A stretch of 64,000 bases of DNA from Lepidodermella squamata. Its lineage: Eukaryota > Animalia > Gastrotricha. The notes beneath the pieces are model-generated. The model did not search any database. It had not been told where the DNA came from and was given only the letters and a program-made list of their open reading frames with translations. Positions within the stretch are counted from its first letter, which is position 1; every line of letters starts with the position of its first letter. Location of the stretch: assembly GCA_047495785.1 (NCBI GenBank), contig JBLDXI010000004.1, forward strand, positions 62,001 through 126,000, given 5' to 3'. The translations under genes and the position numbers were made by a program. Of the stretch, positions 1-13,357 are shown piece by piece.

Positions 1-1056
1 ATTGTAGTCGGCGGGTGCAGTCGAGTGGGGACTTGCCATAGGCCCAGTTGAGCGCGTCGTCCGCATAAGTCCCGTTGGCAACGCGACGCTTGCCATCGTC
101 CGGCTTGACATCGAGTGGTTGCATATTAGTGGTAAAAAAAGATGAAAAGTAAGGGGCTTAACGGGGAGCCTTGCGGCACGCCGCAGTGAATCTCATGTTC
201 ACAACTGGTTTCTCCGTCCACTTTCAGCTTGAATCACCTTTCGCGAAGGAAGTCCGAGACCCAGCGGAAAATAGGCTCAGGAACGCCCGCTTCTGGAAGT
301 TTGTGGATCAGGCCATGATGCCATACTACGTCGAAGGCGCTTTTGAAATCAAGGGCTACAGCGACTAGTTTCCAGTGTCGCGCCAGGGCTATGGCCACGT
401 CGTTGACCAGACGGAATGAGGGATCTGTGGCGCTTTTGCCTCGCCAAAATCCGAACTGGTGGCTGGGCAGCAAGTTTCTGCTAACGAGATAGTCCATCAG
501 AACCTTGGTCAGCAGGAGCTCCAGACACTTTCCCAATGCAGAAAGCAGAGCGACGGGACGATAGGAATCAGGTTGCTCTGGATCCTTTCCATCCTTGTGT
601 ATTGGTACGATAATCGCGATCTTCCAACTTTTGGGCCGCAATTCAGGCTCAGCTCATAAAGTCGGCGCAGGTGAGACGCTAGGCTTGGACCACCATTTTT
701 TATCACAATGTTCGATATTTCATCATGACCGGGAGCTTTTTGAAAAGCTCTTCCATCGAAGATTTCGGGATTCGAACACTCAGCTTTTTCGGTATGCATA
801 ATGGCTTTGTGGCGGGGTTAGATTCGATCCCATCGTCTACCGCACGCCAAAAATCGCGATCTGAGGTGAGTTCTGATGTCACAGGAGGAGCTGAGACTAC
901 TTTGGCGAACGTCTTGGCAATGAGTTCAGCTTTTGCCTTGCTGTCGGTGATGGATTTTCCATTCCCGGTCTTGAGGCTAACAACACGCAAAATTATGAAA
1001 AGCAAAGATATTTCAACCGCTGAATCGCAGCTCGACAACACCGTCACTTGGTGCAA
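1..1056 (-). mobile_element. Non-LTR retrotransposon (LINE, Jockey/I-like) reverse transcriptase fragment, frameshifted, runs off the window edge
   Basis: Minus-strand RT motifs: KAPGHDEI, WKIAIIVPIHKDGKD..SYRPVALLS..K.LE, HQFGF, LDFKSAFD, GVPQGSPLSPLLF (~150-185) and YADD (~57-70). They are split over several frames. Confidence 0.92.
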
Positions 1057-1639
1057 CCCGTAGGAACAAAATACTTAAGATCCCTGTAAAATTAATTATG
1101 CAAATTAGTTGATCCTGTAAAACAAGGCATTTTCAAGTATTCTGTCGGAACAAGAAAAGTATGTAAAACAGGAAAAATTCTGTATTTATTTCGTTAAAAG
1201 GGAAAAACAAATAACACAGATATATTTACTAAATACTAAAAACAGCTCACGTGAAACAGGATACAGGATTGATGGGATACAGGATTATGGTTACGAGAAA
1301 CCTACAACGAATTACAAAAAAGGAAGCAATTTAATATTACAGGAAACGGCAAGCCGGAAAAAATACAGGAAACATGAAACTAGAAAAAATCCGGATTTTA
1401 CTGACGCATTTTGACTCGAAAAAATCTAGAATATTCCATGTTTAAATTTATCGTTTATTTTTTTACCGATTCCCACGAAATTCATTATCGAATGATGGTT
1501 ATTATTATGTTCACAGGAACTTGTAAAAAAAACAATCGGTTATATTTAAGTGAAAATTAATTGTTCAACAATGGCAAATTTATTCAGAAGCTTGGTCTTT
1601 TTTGTATTTTCTATTTGAGGTATTCAACAATTCAACAAA

Positions 1640-4410
1640 GGCGGTATGCACCGTCGCCTCGCCAAGTGCCGCTTTCATTGCCACGGCTGTCGCTTCTGTC
1701 ACAAAACATAAATTGTAATTTAAAAAAATTGACATTTTTCATGTGCGAGGCAATCAGTTTCCATCTCCCCGAACGTCAGCACACCGCTTTTGATGACTTT
1801 GAAGGCTTTGTTAGGGCCACCGCCCGCTAAAACCGCGCGTTTTCTGGATACAAATAAATTGATAAATGTTAAGGTGGAAAGATATTGAGCAATTTTTTAC
1901 ATTGTAAATCTCGCTGTAGGCCGTCTCAACCTTGAGACGGCAAACTGTGCCCGGCGTGCGGCGCTCTTCGTAAATAGCCTCAGCCGTTTTCAACATTGAA
2001 GCGTAACGAGGACCTTGATCTTTGTTCATTCTCCATTCAGCCTTAATAACCGAAAAACAATGCAAACATGATGATTGATTCAGGAACAAATTAATTTTCT
2101 ATATCCACAAGGAACTCATAAGATACCTATATGAATTTAGGAACTTGAAAATAAAGCTTACTCCCAGTCTCAGCCTCTCGTTTTCGGCATTGACAGCGGC
2201 TTCATCTGCAGCTGCCTTCGCGGCAGATTTCCGATTTGAAATCTTTGCTTTGCTCGAGGAGCGTGGTACAGCAGTGCAATCCTCACTCGTACCTGGAGCA
2301 TCCACGCCAGGACCATCCAAGGCCACAACTACGTCAAGGCCAAGCTCGGCCAAACCTGAGGCGAGAAAACGGCCATCATAGGGCCAGCCTGGGCAGGACC
2401 AGCTATGAGAGGGCAAGCCACAACAGGAGCAACAACCGATGTTGCAACGGTCGTAGTTGTAATCGCTGTGTTTGGACCAGCTGTTGTTGCCGACCCAGCC
2501 ACGCCAAGATTATTTGTGCCGGGATCAGACTCGTTCTGACCAGCCGCAACTCCAGCCAGGCTGACAGTGGATTCGTCGAACAGAATGCCTTCGATGCCTG
2601 GGTTATCGAATTTCATCTATCAGCAGAACGAGAAAGAAAGAAAATTTACCTGCTTCGTGATTTCTTTCTCCCGACTGTTCTTCTGTAAAAAAATTGATGG
2701 AAATTTTGGCTCATTAATTTGCTAAACAAACCAGCTGAATCTTGTACAACTTACGCAACACCTGAGGAGAGAGCCTGAGGTTGATCTGAAAAATCATAAT
2801 TTATTCATTTTCCACAGAAATCGATGACACGAACTGGATATTTAGTAACTGCGATTATTCAATAAAAATTACCAATATTGTCAGCCTCCATTGTCTCCAT
2901 TGGGGCGGCACCTGGCTGAGATAGATCGCCAGGAGGCTCTGAACCGGCCGGAATTTCACGACAAAAAAATAGCCCTGATTTACCAGCGTATTAGAAATGG
3001 CCTCACTGAGCATCTGAGATCACAACAAACAATTAAAGCGTGACTTTCACATCTGACTGATGTCATACCTGAGGTAAATCGCGGTAAAGTTTTTTGAATC
3101 GATCTTCGATATGCCTATATCGATATGCGGGAAGCGAGTAGTCGAGTGGTCACAGCGTCTCACTGGCTGCGAAGAGGCACGGGTTCAATCCCCAGAACCG
3201 CACAACGTCAATCTTGCGTCTCCGCACAACGTCTGCATTCTTCTGCGGTTCTGGGACCGTAAATCAAGCTGCCATGAAGAGTCATGCGGCCAACTGGAGC
3301 CAAGGATTTAATCCTCGAGTGTGAAAGCTGCTGGTAATTCCCGCCAAGCAGTTCCTCCGAGACCGCGGTTCCCTTCCTCCCGGTGTAGGACGCCATTCAC
3401 CGGCAATCAAGAGATGGCTACTCGGTGCGAAAGCCTGGGGACCATGGATCGATGAGCAATAATCGGCTCATGTGTAGATGACTCTTAGGCCTCATATATG
3501 TGATGACATGTGATCCAAGTGCTAAATGTCGAAAGGCGAATCGCGCAATAAAGTATGAGTATGAGTATGAGTATAGACTGTGTCAAACTTACAATCCACT
3601 TGACGCATAACGTATCCAGTTTCCTTGTCCAACGCTTCCTGAACAAGAAAATTTCGCACGTGAAAAATAATTAATTCTTAAATAAGGGCAATAGTGACCT
3701 ACTGTAACGATTTCACGAAATTCTGAGGGGGTCATTTTCTGCGGCTAAAAAAACATGATGAAGTTGGACATGATTTGGATGAAGTTGAAAATTTACTTCT
3801 TTGACAGTAGCCGGCGGCTTAGCTGCGATCACTGGCTGATTCACCTTTTCAATCAATTTCTGGCCGCTTTCGCCGATTTCATCCAAGCTGACGTTGACGC
3901 CGGCGCAATGCAGGATCGCCATGGTAACCTATAATATTATTAGCTTGAAATTTGCAAGTCTTTGAAAAAACTCTTACAGATTTTTGCTCTTTCGATAGAA
4001 CAGGGGCTGGTTTAGGTTTTGGATTGGACTGCGCCTGGGCCGATTTAGGCTTCGGTTTAGACGGCGCGGGGACTTTTATTTCGGGACTTTCAGTCGATTC
4101 GGCATTTCTTGGAGGGCAATTGTTGAAAGTGACATCTGGCTCGCCAATGTCCGGAAGGTCCAAGTCGGCCTCGGTGTCTGCCTTGTTGTCAACCTCGGTG
4201 TCGGCCTTGCAAACGGTATTGGACTCGGCCTTGGCCTCGGCCTTGGAGTCAGCCATCAATCTCGGCCTTTTGGCACTTGATTGCTTATTGGCCTGAGGGC
4301 GAGATTCTTTCTTAGCCGAATCTTCGTTCGAGACATTGGCGTTTTTCCGAGACGAATTCCTAGTTGTTATCCGAGAATTATTTGACCTGCAATAATCAAA
4401 ATTAAACAAT
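1640..4410 (-). other. Possible multi-exon gene or relic of unknown product (low-complexity Ala/Thr/Pro-rich exons)
   Basis: GC-richer coding-like blocks (1926-2040, 2162-2618, 3590-3650, 3713-3925, 3977-4385) alternate with short AT-rich stretches carrying minus-strand GT/AG signals. No recognisable domain. Confidence 0.3.
3128..3576 (+). mobile_element. tRNA-derived SINE
   Basis: Pol III A-box-like TAGTCGAGTGGT and B-box GGGTTCAATCCC in a tRNA-like head (3128-3202), a GC-rich body, then AATAAA and a (GTATGA)n tail at 3553-3575. Confidence 0.75.
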
Positions 4411-6452
4411 TAAATGGATAAAACGTATTCCATAACCAACATGGTATATGTAGTTGTAGGATCGATGAGCGATGAATTGGTACCTTAGCTCGAATTTCAA
4501 AAATTGAACAGTACTTGGTCGTTAAATAACTGCAAATTCTTTATAACATGTCGTAAATTTATTGAAAATTTTTGAATGAAGAGCCTTCGCGACTACGCAG
4601 ATCTGCTTGAAACTTGAGGATGACATTGTTAAGAAAGAGCGTTCGATTACAGTTATGAGAATAGTCTTCGCGGGATTAATTAAATTGGCCCACGATAGCA
4701 GGAGAATTAACCGGATTTAATAGTTTCTACTAACTATATTTCTTTGTTGTGTAAGACTTTCATAGATAATATTTTTTTTTCAACGCGATGATATTTCTCA
4801 TAACTGTCTGCAAGTCTAAGGAGTCACCGTCACTTCGCTAATCAAACTTGTTTATGACTTTATGAAATAAATTTTAGGCAGATTTTTTGAGAATTTTTTA
4901 GATATTCTCCAGAATTCTATGAAAATAATGTAGAAAATTATTAAGAAAAATTGATCAAATTCAAACATCTCTATTTTTTTATTTTTTTCACATTTTTAGG
5001 AATTATTATGGGTAATAAAAGGGGTTGACCCTATCACAAGCCTCCGAGAGGTATCGAGCCCGATGCAATACAGCCCGAAGAAATAGACCCTGGTCCATAA
5101 TTTATGCCGTTGAAGGCCGGCATTGAATACAACCAGATGAATCAGCAAATAATTGAGAGCCAGCTTAATCCTAGCTCAGACGAAATTGCTGAGATGCCGG
5201 CGTTTAAAAATTATCAAAGTGATGAATCGGAATCAAAATTCGATAGCCAAACAAATCGCAATGTGCCGCTCGAGGCCATCCTCTGGCTTCTCGAAAAAAA
5301 CGAAGAACAGGCTGTTGCATTTCATAACAGCTTTTCATCCCGATTCCGAGCTATATACGGACAACAGATCACACGAAAAGCTGTTTCCCTCACGGTTCAA
5401 AGTCACCAGAGTAGATCAGCCTGACAATTGCAACTTGTTTTTACTGGATTTGCCTTCTCAAATTATTCGAATTCTAACTAAAGGCAAATACTGCCGCGCG
5501 GTTATCCGATGTCCGATTTTGTTCGAAAATGGGAGGAGATCTATGGCTCGAGGCACATGGTATTTGTCGTGCATTCTCTGCTCCATCTCGCCGCGGATTG
5601 CCAAGATCTGGGTCCCCTGTGAGCATGCGACATGTACCCGTTCGAATCCCTAATAGCATGTTAAAACAACTGGCCAAGGGCACTCAGGTTAGTATCTTTC
5701 CTTTTCACAATCACACTGCTGAAAATAATAGATTTCCAAGTTTTCGCGATTTTATTGTGCTTAAAGTTCTTCAACTAGTTTGAGATAATCTTGAAGATGA
5801 ATGGATTGATTGCATTGAAAAGCTTGTTTGTGTCCATCGATGCTTGAATTTTACAAAAAAAAATCTTGTTAAACAGAAAAAAACCGTGGGGGTGGTGATC
5901 GAAGGTAGTAAAAAATAAACATTTTAGCTAAAAGTTCTTGTTTACGAAAAAATGGAAGCAAATTTTGGCTTGTTAAAATAGAGTTGAACTTTTTTTCAAG
6001 AATTTAATTTCATTGTTACATTTCTGCCGATTTCATTGTTACATCACAATAATAACAATGGATGGGAATGACCTAGTTTTGGACATTGCGTCTTTTGGGC
6101 ATTTCCTTTAAAACAGTTTTACTGGAGAAAAACGTGCCAAAGCAACATAAAATATAACATTCAATAATTCGGCAGATAAACGTTATTTATATACGAATTT
6201 TTGACGTTTATCGACCATTTATGGCAATCTCTGAGGCTCTGAGGCATGTTCATGATAAAATAATTTTCCAGCCAAAATCGCACCTTAATGACGCAAGTTG
6301 GCCCAATTTTCGCGAATAGATTCGGATTGCATGCTGCATGATTTTTTTAATTTAAACGAAATTGATGACGTCACACCGAGTCACGTGAGCAGCACAAGCC
6401 TTATTTCATTATTTCCAATTCCCATGCCAAGCTTTCTTCTTATTGAAGTCAA

Positions 6453-6998
6453 ATGGAACTATTTAACCGAAGAAGAGTGTACGGTCGTCGGTTCGACCCG
6501 TTCGCGAGATTTTCAGATTACGAATTTTCAAGGCGCTATAGATTTTCCAAAGCAGGTGTTCGCTACATCCACGATTTGATTCGAGATGACGTGCCTCGGC
6601 GAATAACTAATCGAAGTAGGGCAATAACGACCATGGTTCAGGTCCTGATTGCCTTGCGGTTTTTTGCGACCGGCACGACTCAGCGTGAAATAGGTGATCC
6701 ATTAGGTGATTTTTGATTTTTTTACTCGTCACATTGACCCTTTGTTCTCTCAGCGATTTACACGGTTTAAACCGAACTACAGTTTGCAAGGTTGTCCATA
6801 TCGTGGCAGCTGTTCTGGCCTCGAAGTTGGCAGAATTCGTGTTTATGCCTCGGCAATTAGAAGAAGTGCGAGAAATTGCGCGCGAATTTCGCCATTATGG
6901 CCGAATGCCCCATTGCACAGGGGCGGTTGATTGCACGTTGGTCAAAATTCGTCGTCCCTACGAGTTTCCTGACCCTGATGCCTTTTGGAGTAGGAAAA
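6453..6998 (+). mobile_element. PIF/Harbinger transposase (HARBI1-like) N-terminal half, disrupted and 3'-truncated
   Basis: Typical Harbinger motifs: FSDYEFSRRYRFSK, QVLIALRFFATG, GLNRTTVCKVV, FVFMP, GAVDCTLVKI, FWSRK. An intron-like gap at ~6694-6753 does not restore the frame, and the ORF is broken after SRK by a repeat insertion. Confidence 0.88.
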
Positions 6999-7057
6999 GT
7001 AATTGGTCCTCAAAAGCAATTTGCAATTTGCGAGCATCCTAATGAAAGATACTTTAA

Positions 7058-7890
7058 TCCGCAGCAATTTCTTTCTTTTCGCAGCAAATTTGTTCTTTCC
7101 GCAGCAATTTTTTTTTCTCGCAGTATCACTTTCTTTTCGCAGCAAATCAACGTTTTTTCCGCAGTAAATGCTAATTGAATAACTAATTGAAACAATATAG
7201 CCACCGAACTATATTAAGGCTATTCAATATTTAAAATCACGCCAGGTGATTGCAGCGAGCAGGCGCCCAAAATTTGACGCGACTTGAGCGAGTGGAACGA
7301 CGGCTTAAGGTCGTTAACAAATTGTTTTTCACATTTTAAACATCGCGACTTGATTAACTGCCAAATGCAATTACTAAAATATATGAATTATTTATGCCGT
7401 CTCCATCAACAATTGTAAGCTCTGCCTACGGGAGGCAGCGAATGCTCGAGGGTCAAATGTATCTTACTACATGTACCCCGTACATTTATCCCGTATGTCT
7501 CCGTACATGTACTTGTATCCCGTGAAGAAATGCCCCAAAAACCTTTAAGAAATAGCCCCACAATAAATCTCGTTGGGCAAATCTTAATGCGGTACGAAAT
7601 TTCATTAAATTCAATACCTAACCAGTTTAGTCGGTTATTCAACTGGTTAGGGTGAGGGTTAGGGTTAGGGTTAGGGTTAGGGTGAAATGCTGGGTCTTAA
7701 AATCGGGGACTGTAAACGGATTGGTATATTAAGGGATATGAGGATATTTCAAGGCTCTAAGCCGTCCTAGATTTTCGTTTTCGTTTACTAATACATATTT
7801 ATATTCCCCGTTCTTTTTCCATTTTAGCTAATAAAAATAAATTGCTGCATAAAAAACGTTTATTTGCTGCGAAAATAAAGCGATACTGAT
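7058..7890. repeat. Foldback-like non-autonomous element with inverted TTTTCGCAGCAA arrays and an internal telomere-like tract
   Basis: Tandem ttttcgcagcaa units at 7058-7170 match in inverse 7838-7875 (aattgctgcataaaaaacgtttatttgctgcgaaaa). Confidence 0.55.
7645..7684 (+). repeat. Interstitial (TTAGGG)n tract
   Basis: ggttagggtgagggttagggttagggttagggttagggtg. Confidence 0.9.
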
Positions 7891-8058
7891 ACTGAAAGAT
7901 ACAAATTTGTAGAAAAAAAGGAAAATTAGTCATAGAAGAAAGTCTGTTTTCGTTGAAGTCAGTTGAAGCGCTGGCAAATCAAGAGGCGGCAAATCGTCAT
8001 TGGCGAGTGATTCAGGAAGAGTGGGTAACATCATTCGCAATTTGCTAACTTTGTCTAG

Positions 8059-8348
8059 TTGTCAAGCAGACCTTCGCTTCCAAACTCGGCTACAGCACGG
8101 TGACGTACCACGACTGGCGCTACGAGGAGACGAGCACGTTTTCGGCTTCGGTTACCTCTTCGGTTGAGTTCGAATGCCCGGCTCGTAACGAGTGCGAAAT
8201 CATGCAGGTCCTTGGCCAGTGTGGTGTCTACTACGTGAGAACTTATGATATCATACGTACGACAAGGAGGACCCGCGCCCTCGCAAGTCGAGGAACGTTG
8301 GCTTCTACAACGCGAAAACTCGCAAAATCGATTGGCTCCAGTGAATGA
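8059..8348 (+). pseudogene. Terminal exon of an aerolysin-like beta-pore-forming domain; upstream exons missing
   Basis: VVKQTFASKLGYSTVTYHDWRYEETSTFSASVTSSVEFECPARNECEIMQVLGQCGVYYVRT is clearly paralogous to 13800-14017. It follows an AG acceptor and is followed by AATAAA. Confidence 0.55.
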
Positions 8349-9323
8349 AACCAAGCTAACTAAAAAACCTGATTTTTTCCAAAGGTTTCTCCATTTTTCT
8401 TCAAATAAAAATACTATGTGACTATGGCTAAGACAACCAGATCTTGCGACGATCGAATGCAGTTTACTAAATATAAGAATTATGGTTGTACGCGAGCGAA
8501 GCGAGAAATTTCTGAGAATTCATCCATCAAAGTGAACATTTCGATAGAATAAGTCACTGTAATCGCTAAAATGGGATTCTCGCACCTAGAAACCCCTAAC
8601 CCGCCAGGGATTTCAGCGTACCTGGCAGGTACAGCTTGAGCCCAAACCTGCCAGGTACGCGTACCCGGCGCTGTACTCGGCGTCCCTTGCGTACCTGGCA
8701 CTACTTTCAGCGCTGGTTTAATTGATTTGCATGCAGTTTAACTAAAGGTTGACTTCAGAATTTCTACATTTCTCGGGTATTACCCGATTTCGGTATGTTT
8801 GGTAGATTCTGATTGTAAAAATATTTTCTGGATTCTCGGTTAAAAATTCATTACCGAAATTTCTGTACATTGGCAGTGCAGTAACCCTATACAAGAGCCT
8901 CCACTTGGTTATCAACCTTCAAATACCGCGCGGTAAAACCCGATTTCGGTATTTTGCTGAATAAATATTGTTCTATTCCATGTTTTCCAAAATGCCGTAG
9001 GTACAGCAGTTTTCTGAGTTAAAAGGTTTATGAATTTCTGCGTTTAATCAGGATAATACCCTATTTTGATAGTTTTTTCAATTCACCGATTTTTCCTTTC
9101 AACTTTTAATCCTAGTTTTAAATTGTATAATTAAATGAATTAAATTTTTTCTTGGTCAACGCTGGGTTCAGTGTTCACGTATATTTTTAGCCGCGCTCCC
9201 ACGGATCCATTTTACCAGACACGTCCTCTTATCATTTAACCTAGGCTCGTAAAATTTACTCCCGGCAAAGCAAACAAGCCTAGTAAGAAAACCTACATCT
9301 CTAATCATTCCACATTCCACATT

Positions 9324-9325
<2 letters not shown>

Positions 9326-9383
<58 letters not shown>
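9326..9383 (+). repeat. (CA)n microsatellite preceded by CATTCCA repeats
   Basis: Directly visible; it abuts the ATG at 9386. Confidence 0.97.
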
Positions 9384-9385
<2 letters not shown>

Positions 9386-9386
<1 letters not shown>

Positions 9387-9950
9387 TGCTTTCCAAGATT
9401 ACTTTTCTCCTCAGTGCTCTGATAGAGCTAACATGGGGCAATATACCAGCCACGAAACAGGCTGGACTCATAACGGCGGCGGGGGCGTTCGCTACCTCGA
9501 CCAGCAGTACGTTGGTTGTAATGACGGTTGGATCCTGCGCCAGTTCCAGATGCAAAGTAATGACGATCACATGAATACCGCTACCAGTGCCAACAGCCGT
9601 TGAACCACGTCAACTCGCCTACATTTCGCAACTCAGGCTGAAAGCCTATGTCCAAGATCTGGGATCTGCCCAACGCGCCAGTCAGTTGTCCAATCAACAT
9701 AATGCTACGCAGTTTCCAGTTTGAAACCAACCCGAACAATGCGGACGAGTTCCGGTACGAATACATGTGCACCTCCGTTCAACAGGATAAATGCAATAGC
9801 TTCTCGACGCAATGGGCCAGTGAAGGCAGCGGGCGTAACTGGCAGTTGACACCGTTCAATGTCAACTGCCCGCATCTTCTACGATTCATCATCGAGGTCG
9901 GGAATGACCAGTTGAGGTACAGATACGGCTGTTGCTCGGCAAAGCTTTAG
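9386..9950 (+). pseudogene. Secreted three-repeat Cys/aromatic domain protein, frameshifted
   Basis: Signal-like MLSKITFLLSALIELTWG, then three repeats of the pattern W...L....V.C....L..F......Y.Y.C (TGWTHNGGGGVRYLDQQYVGC..LRQFQM; IWDLPNAPVSC..LRSFQF..RYEYMC; TQWASEGSGRNWQLTPFNVNC..LRF..RYRYGCC). It has at least two frameshifts and an in-frame stop. Confidence 0.65.
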
Positions 9951-10481
9951 GAAAGGCAGTGAATTCAAGTCGTGAGTCGTGAAGAAAAATGATGATTGGT
10001 GAAAAAAGATATTCAGGACATTTCAAGTCCATTTTAAAGCTGCTATCTCTTCAGCATCAGCTAAATAAATAAATAACATGGACATTAATAGCTGATTTTT
10101 AGGTCTGAAATCCTTTGGTTGCGGAATCATTGTTGGCGTCGTGCACGAAACTAAACGAGGTCCAGAATGTTAATCCTAGGTTCAAAGTTTAAGGCTGAAC
10201 CTAGCCAAGTTCCCAAAGTGCCATTTCAGCAGACAAGGCCGCTTATCATTTTGCCTTGGCCACCAGCCAGAGTGTAAGAAACCAACCTTATCTACAGCTT
10301 TTCAATTTAATTACATAGTATTTTTCGTTAAAAATGTGTTAAAAATTGGTCAACATGTTTACGATTCCGACTTATTTCCACGCGATTTCTGAGCACGAGC
10401 CTATTGCTTTTCTCTGCCGTGCGCAAAATATCACTCACAAATTATATTCTGAATTTTATTTATAAATTTCATTTTCGTATC

Positions 10482-13048
10482 ATGAAGTTTTCCGAAGTGC
10501 TTGGCCTTATTTTGGCCGCATTTTTGGTGGATGTTGTAGCTGGCGATGATTTCATTCGATGCTTCTCCCAATTCGACAGCAGTTTCATAGATTGCCGCAA
10601 GCTGACAACCGGCTGTAGTTCAACGATGGAGTACCGGGTTAGAATAGACCCTTCTCATGAAAAAAATGTCACTTCCTTAACTTCCCGAACAGATCGGGGG
10701 TGTGAAGTTTCCGAGCTATCAATTGTGCATGCAAGGGGTATTTTTTTGCTCCACACCTTCTTGATTTGAATTTGCATGTTCTAGACGGCAAGATTGGCAT
10801 ACAAGTACAAGGCATTGACACCCATCTGCCGACCAGGCATTATTCCTCTTTCTGCCGATGAAATCGAGGTATCACCGATATATTTTTCTTATTCAAACTT
10901 TGATGATCTTGTCAAAAAAAATTTTGCTCCTTCATCCCAAATTACTGATTTCAACTTGAATTCTCTAAAATAAATGTTTAAATTTAATCTGAAATTAATT
11001 TGAATTTTATGTGAATCCCCCATATGAAAATTCGCCCCACAGTTGTCACGCAAAATGGACGAATTTTCCATATTTACACCTTCGATAATCGTCATTAAAT
11101 CGCTGTTTCGATTTAGATAAAACGGTTCAACTACGCCTCACTTTATTTGAGGCAAAATTTGGCGCTGTGCCAACAGGCGATTGATTCTTTCGCGGTATGT
11201 GAATTTTTTGTATCAAACTAAAAAAATTATCGACCTTTTATTGCTAACGCAGAATCAAGATTTTACCCGGTGCTTGACTGGCGGCGAAATCGTCACCTGC
11301 GTACCATCAGTAGTTACCTGCCCGACCAATACTGTAAGAAATTTGTCACGATTTATTCCTGCTCCCATAATGCAATTTTTGAATAGTCTTCTGTAACTGG
11401 CTTCACAAGCCTTCAGTCATGCCTCAATGGGATGAGTCAGCCTCTCCTTTATTATACAAGGAGCTTTGCTCAATTGTAATTTCTGTTTCAGTGCAAGTTC
11501 CTGATGATTTCAAACCGCAAGTTCGCTGCTTCAATAAAGACAACCGAGCATTTGTAGCCTGCCGGCTTGATGCGACGAAATGCGCATCGAACGAAACAAG
11601 CGACTACTCTCTACTCACCTACCGCTTCAAAGAGAACTGTGAATCATTTGTAAGATGACGTTGAGCCTTTTCAATGATCTTGTCATTTTTTGGTCTTGCA
11701 GCAATCTGTTCAATGTGAAAATTTTGGCAATAGCACTTGCTACAACCATTGCCCGAAGGGATCAAATCTGGTAGATTTGTTTTAATATTTATTCAGCTCG
11801 AGTTGAAAACCACTTTTCAAGGTTAAGCTATTCAACAATGCCACGAAATTTACTGACAATTACGCCAGCTGCCTGGCAAATCTGCAAAACGTCAGTTTCC
11901 ATCCATTTCCTCCATCAGAGGGATGATGTTGTTTTGATTGGCAGGAACTTTCTCCTTGCCTAAATAATGGCACGTTTAACAAGACGGCAGGAAAATGCAA
12001 ATGCCCAGCCGCGAATGCTGGCACGCTGTGCGAGAAAGGCTAGTTTTTCCTAGCTGGCAACTGCCTCACAATCTACGATCCTGTAATCTGTAATGGGAGC
12101 TTGGAAAATCTGAGCCCCTTGGCAAAATTTAAGGAAATTCCTTTTAGCTTTACCCAAATTTATTAATTATATCAATAATAATTTAATTCGTAAATTATTT
12201 TTCTTTCACAGTTCGGTACTTCGTCTCCGCAGTTTCTGGTCCTTACCGCGTGGCAGCGTTGAACTGCACAACAAATAGCAGTCGTGTTGCTTCGATTTTG
12301 AGCGCAGCAGACAAAGCGGCTGCTCGTGGGCTCGGCTCATTTTCTCACATTGGCTTGACCGCGGTTATTCGCTGGTCAGACGGCGTACTCGTGGATTTTC
12401 TATCGCCTCTGTGGAAATTGAACATGCCAGGATACGCCAAGCCATGTTGAATTATCTCATTCTCGCTCGCATTGATGTATTGATTCTCATTTTTGCAGGT
12501 CTGTCATTCACTGTGGATGGTCTCGACGAAGAGTCGTGCGGTTCCCAGCTAAATTTGGCGATATGCCAAGATCCAACGACCGTAACCATCTCCAAATCAT
12601 GAGAAGTGAATCATCTTCTTTCAATATATGCCTTCCCTTAGGGTGCTCTGTCATTTTTCGAAAACACGGGTGATTACGACGCGCAGGTGGCATTTTGCCT
12701 GGGAAAAGGCCTGAGGCTACCAATTATAAGAGAGCAGGCAGTTTTCGATGACGCGGCAAATCTCTTGCGTAACTACACTGGTAATTTCAGTCAGTATGTG
12801 TTTATTGGGGCGAAAAGAAGCAGCATCGTGGGTGAGTTCGTGTGGTCGAACGGCGATATAATCACGTCTTCTCCAAGTTATTTAACCGTCATTAACGCTG
12901 CAGGCGAACAATGTGAGCCATTTGCTGATTTTTGCTGATTTTCCTTACGCAATTTCATACTTACGCAGGTGTGGGAATGAGTTCAACCGGGTTTTCGTCA
13001 TATGGACCATGCGCTTTCAACTATACGGCATTGTGCGAAAATCTGTAA
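10482..13048 (+). CDS. Multi-exon secreted protein: Cys-rich N-terminal repeats, EGF domain, two C-type lectin-like domains (paralog 1)
   Basis: Signal peptide MKFSEVLGLILAAFLVDVVAG; RCFSQFD and RCFNKDN repeats; EGF exon CLNNGTFNKTAGKCKCPAANAGTLCE (~11945-12038); CTLD motifs HIGL..IRWSDG and VFIGAKR..FVWSNG; ends TALCENL-stop. Not every exon was checked for frame. Confidence 0.75.
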
Positions 13049-13357
13049 AGCAGATGAATTTGCAGCAAGCATTGGAATCAAAATTCCGCGGTTAACATTG
13101 CGAATCAGCTAAATATTTCTGTTTTTTTCTCTCATCAAGCTCATATCCTGAGTAATGTCGATTTCACAATAATAAGTCGAGGCGCAATACAATGCGAAAT
13201 CTCGTATTTTGCGACCCTAAATAAATTCTCAAGGCAAAACTTGTTTACATTCATTTCCATTAAACTAGACATTCCTTTTCAATATTTTTTGGCTGCAATC
13301 TTTTCCAGGTCAATCATTGGTTCAAGGTTTATGGCTATAATCTCACGGTTCCATTTT

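Noticed and set aside
3128-3202. Functional tRNA gene
   Set aside because: The cloverleaf is imperfect and the sequence continues into a SINE body and tail.
9168-9570. ORFs containing (CV)n
   Set aside because: Translation of the (CA)n microsatellite.
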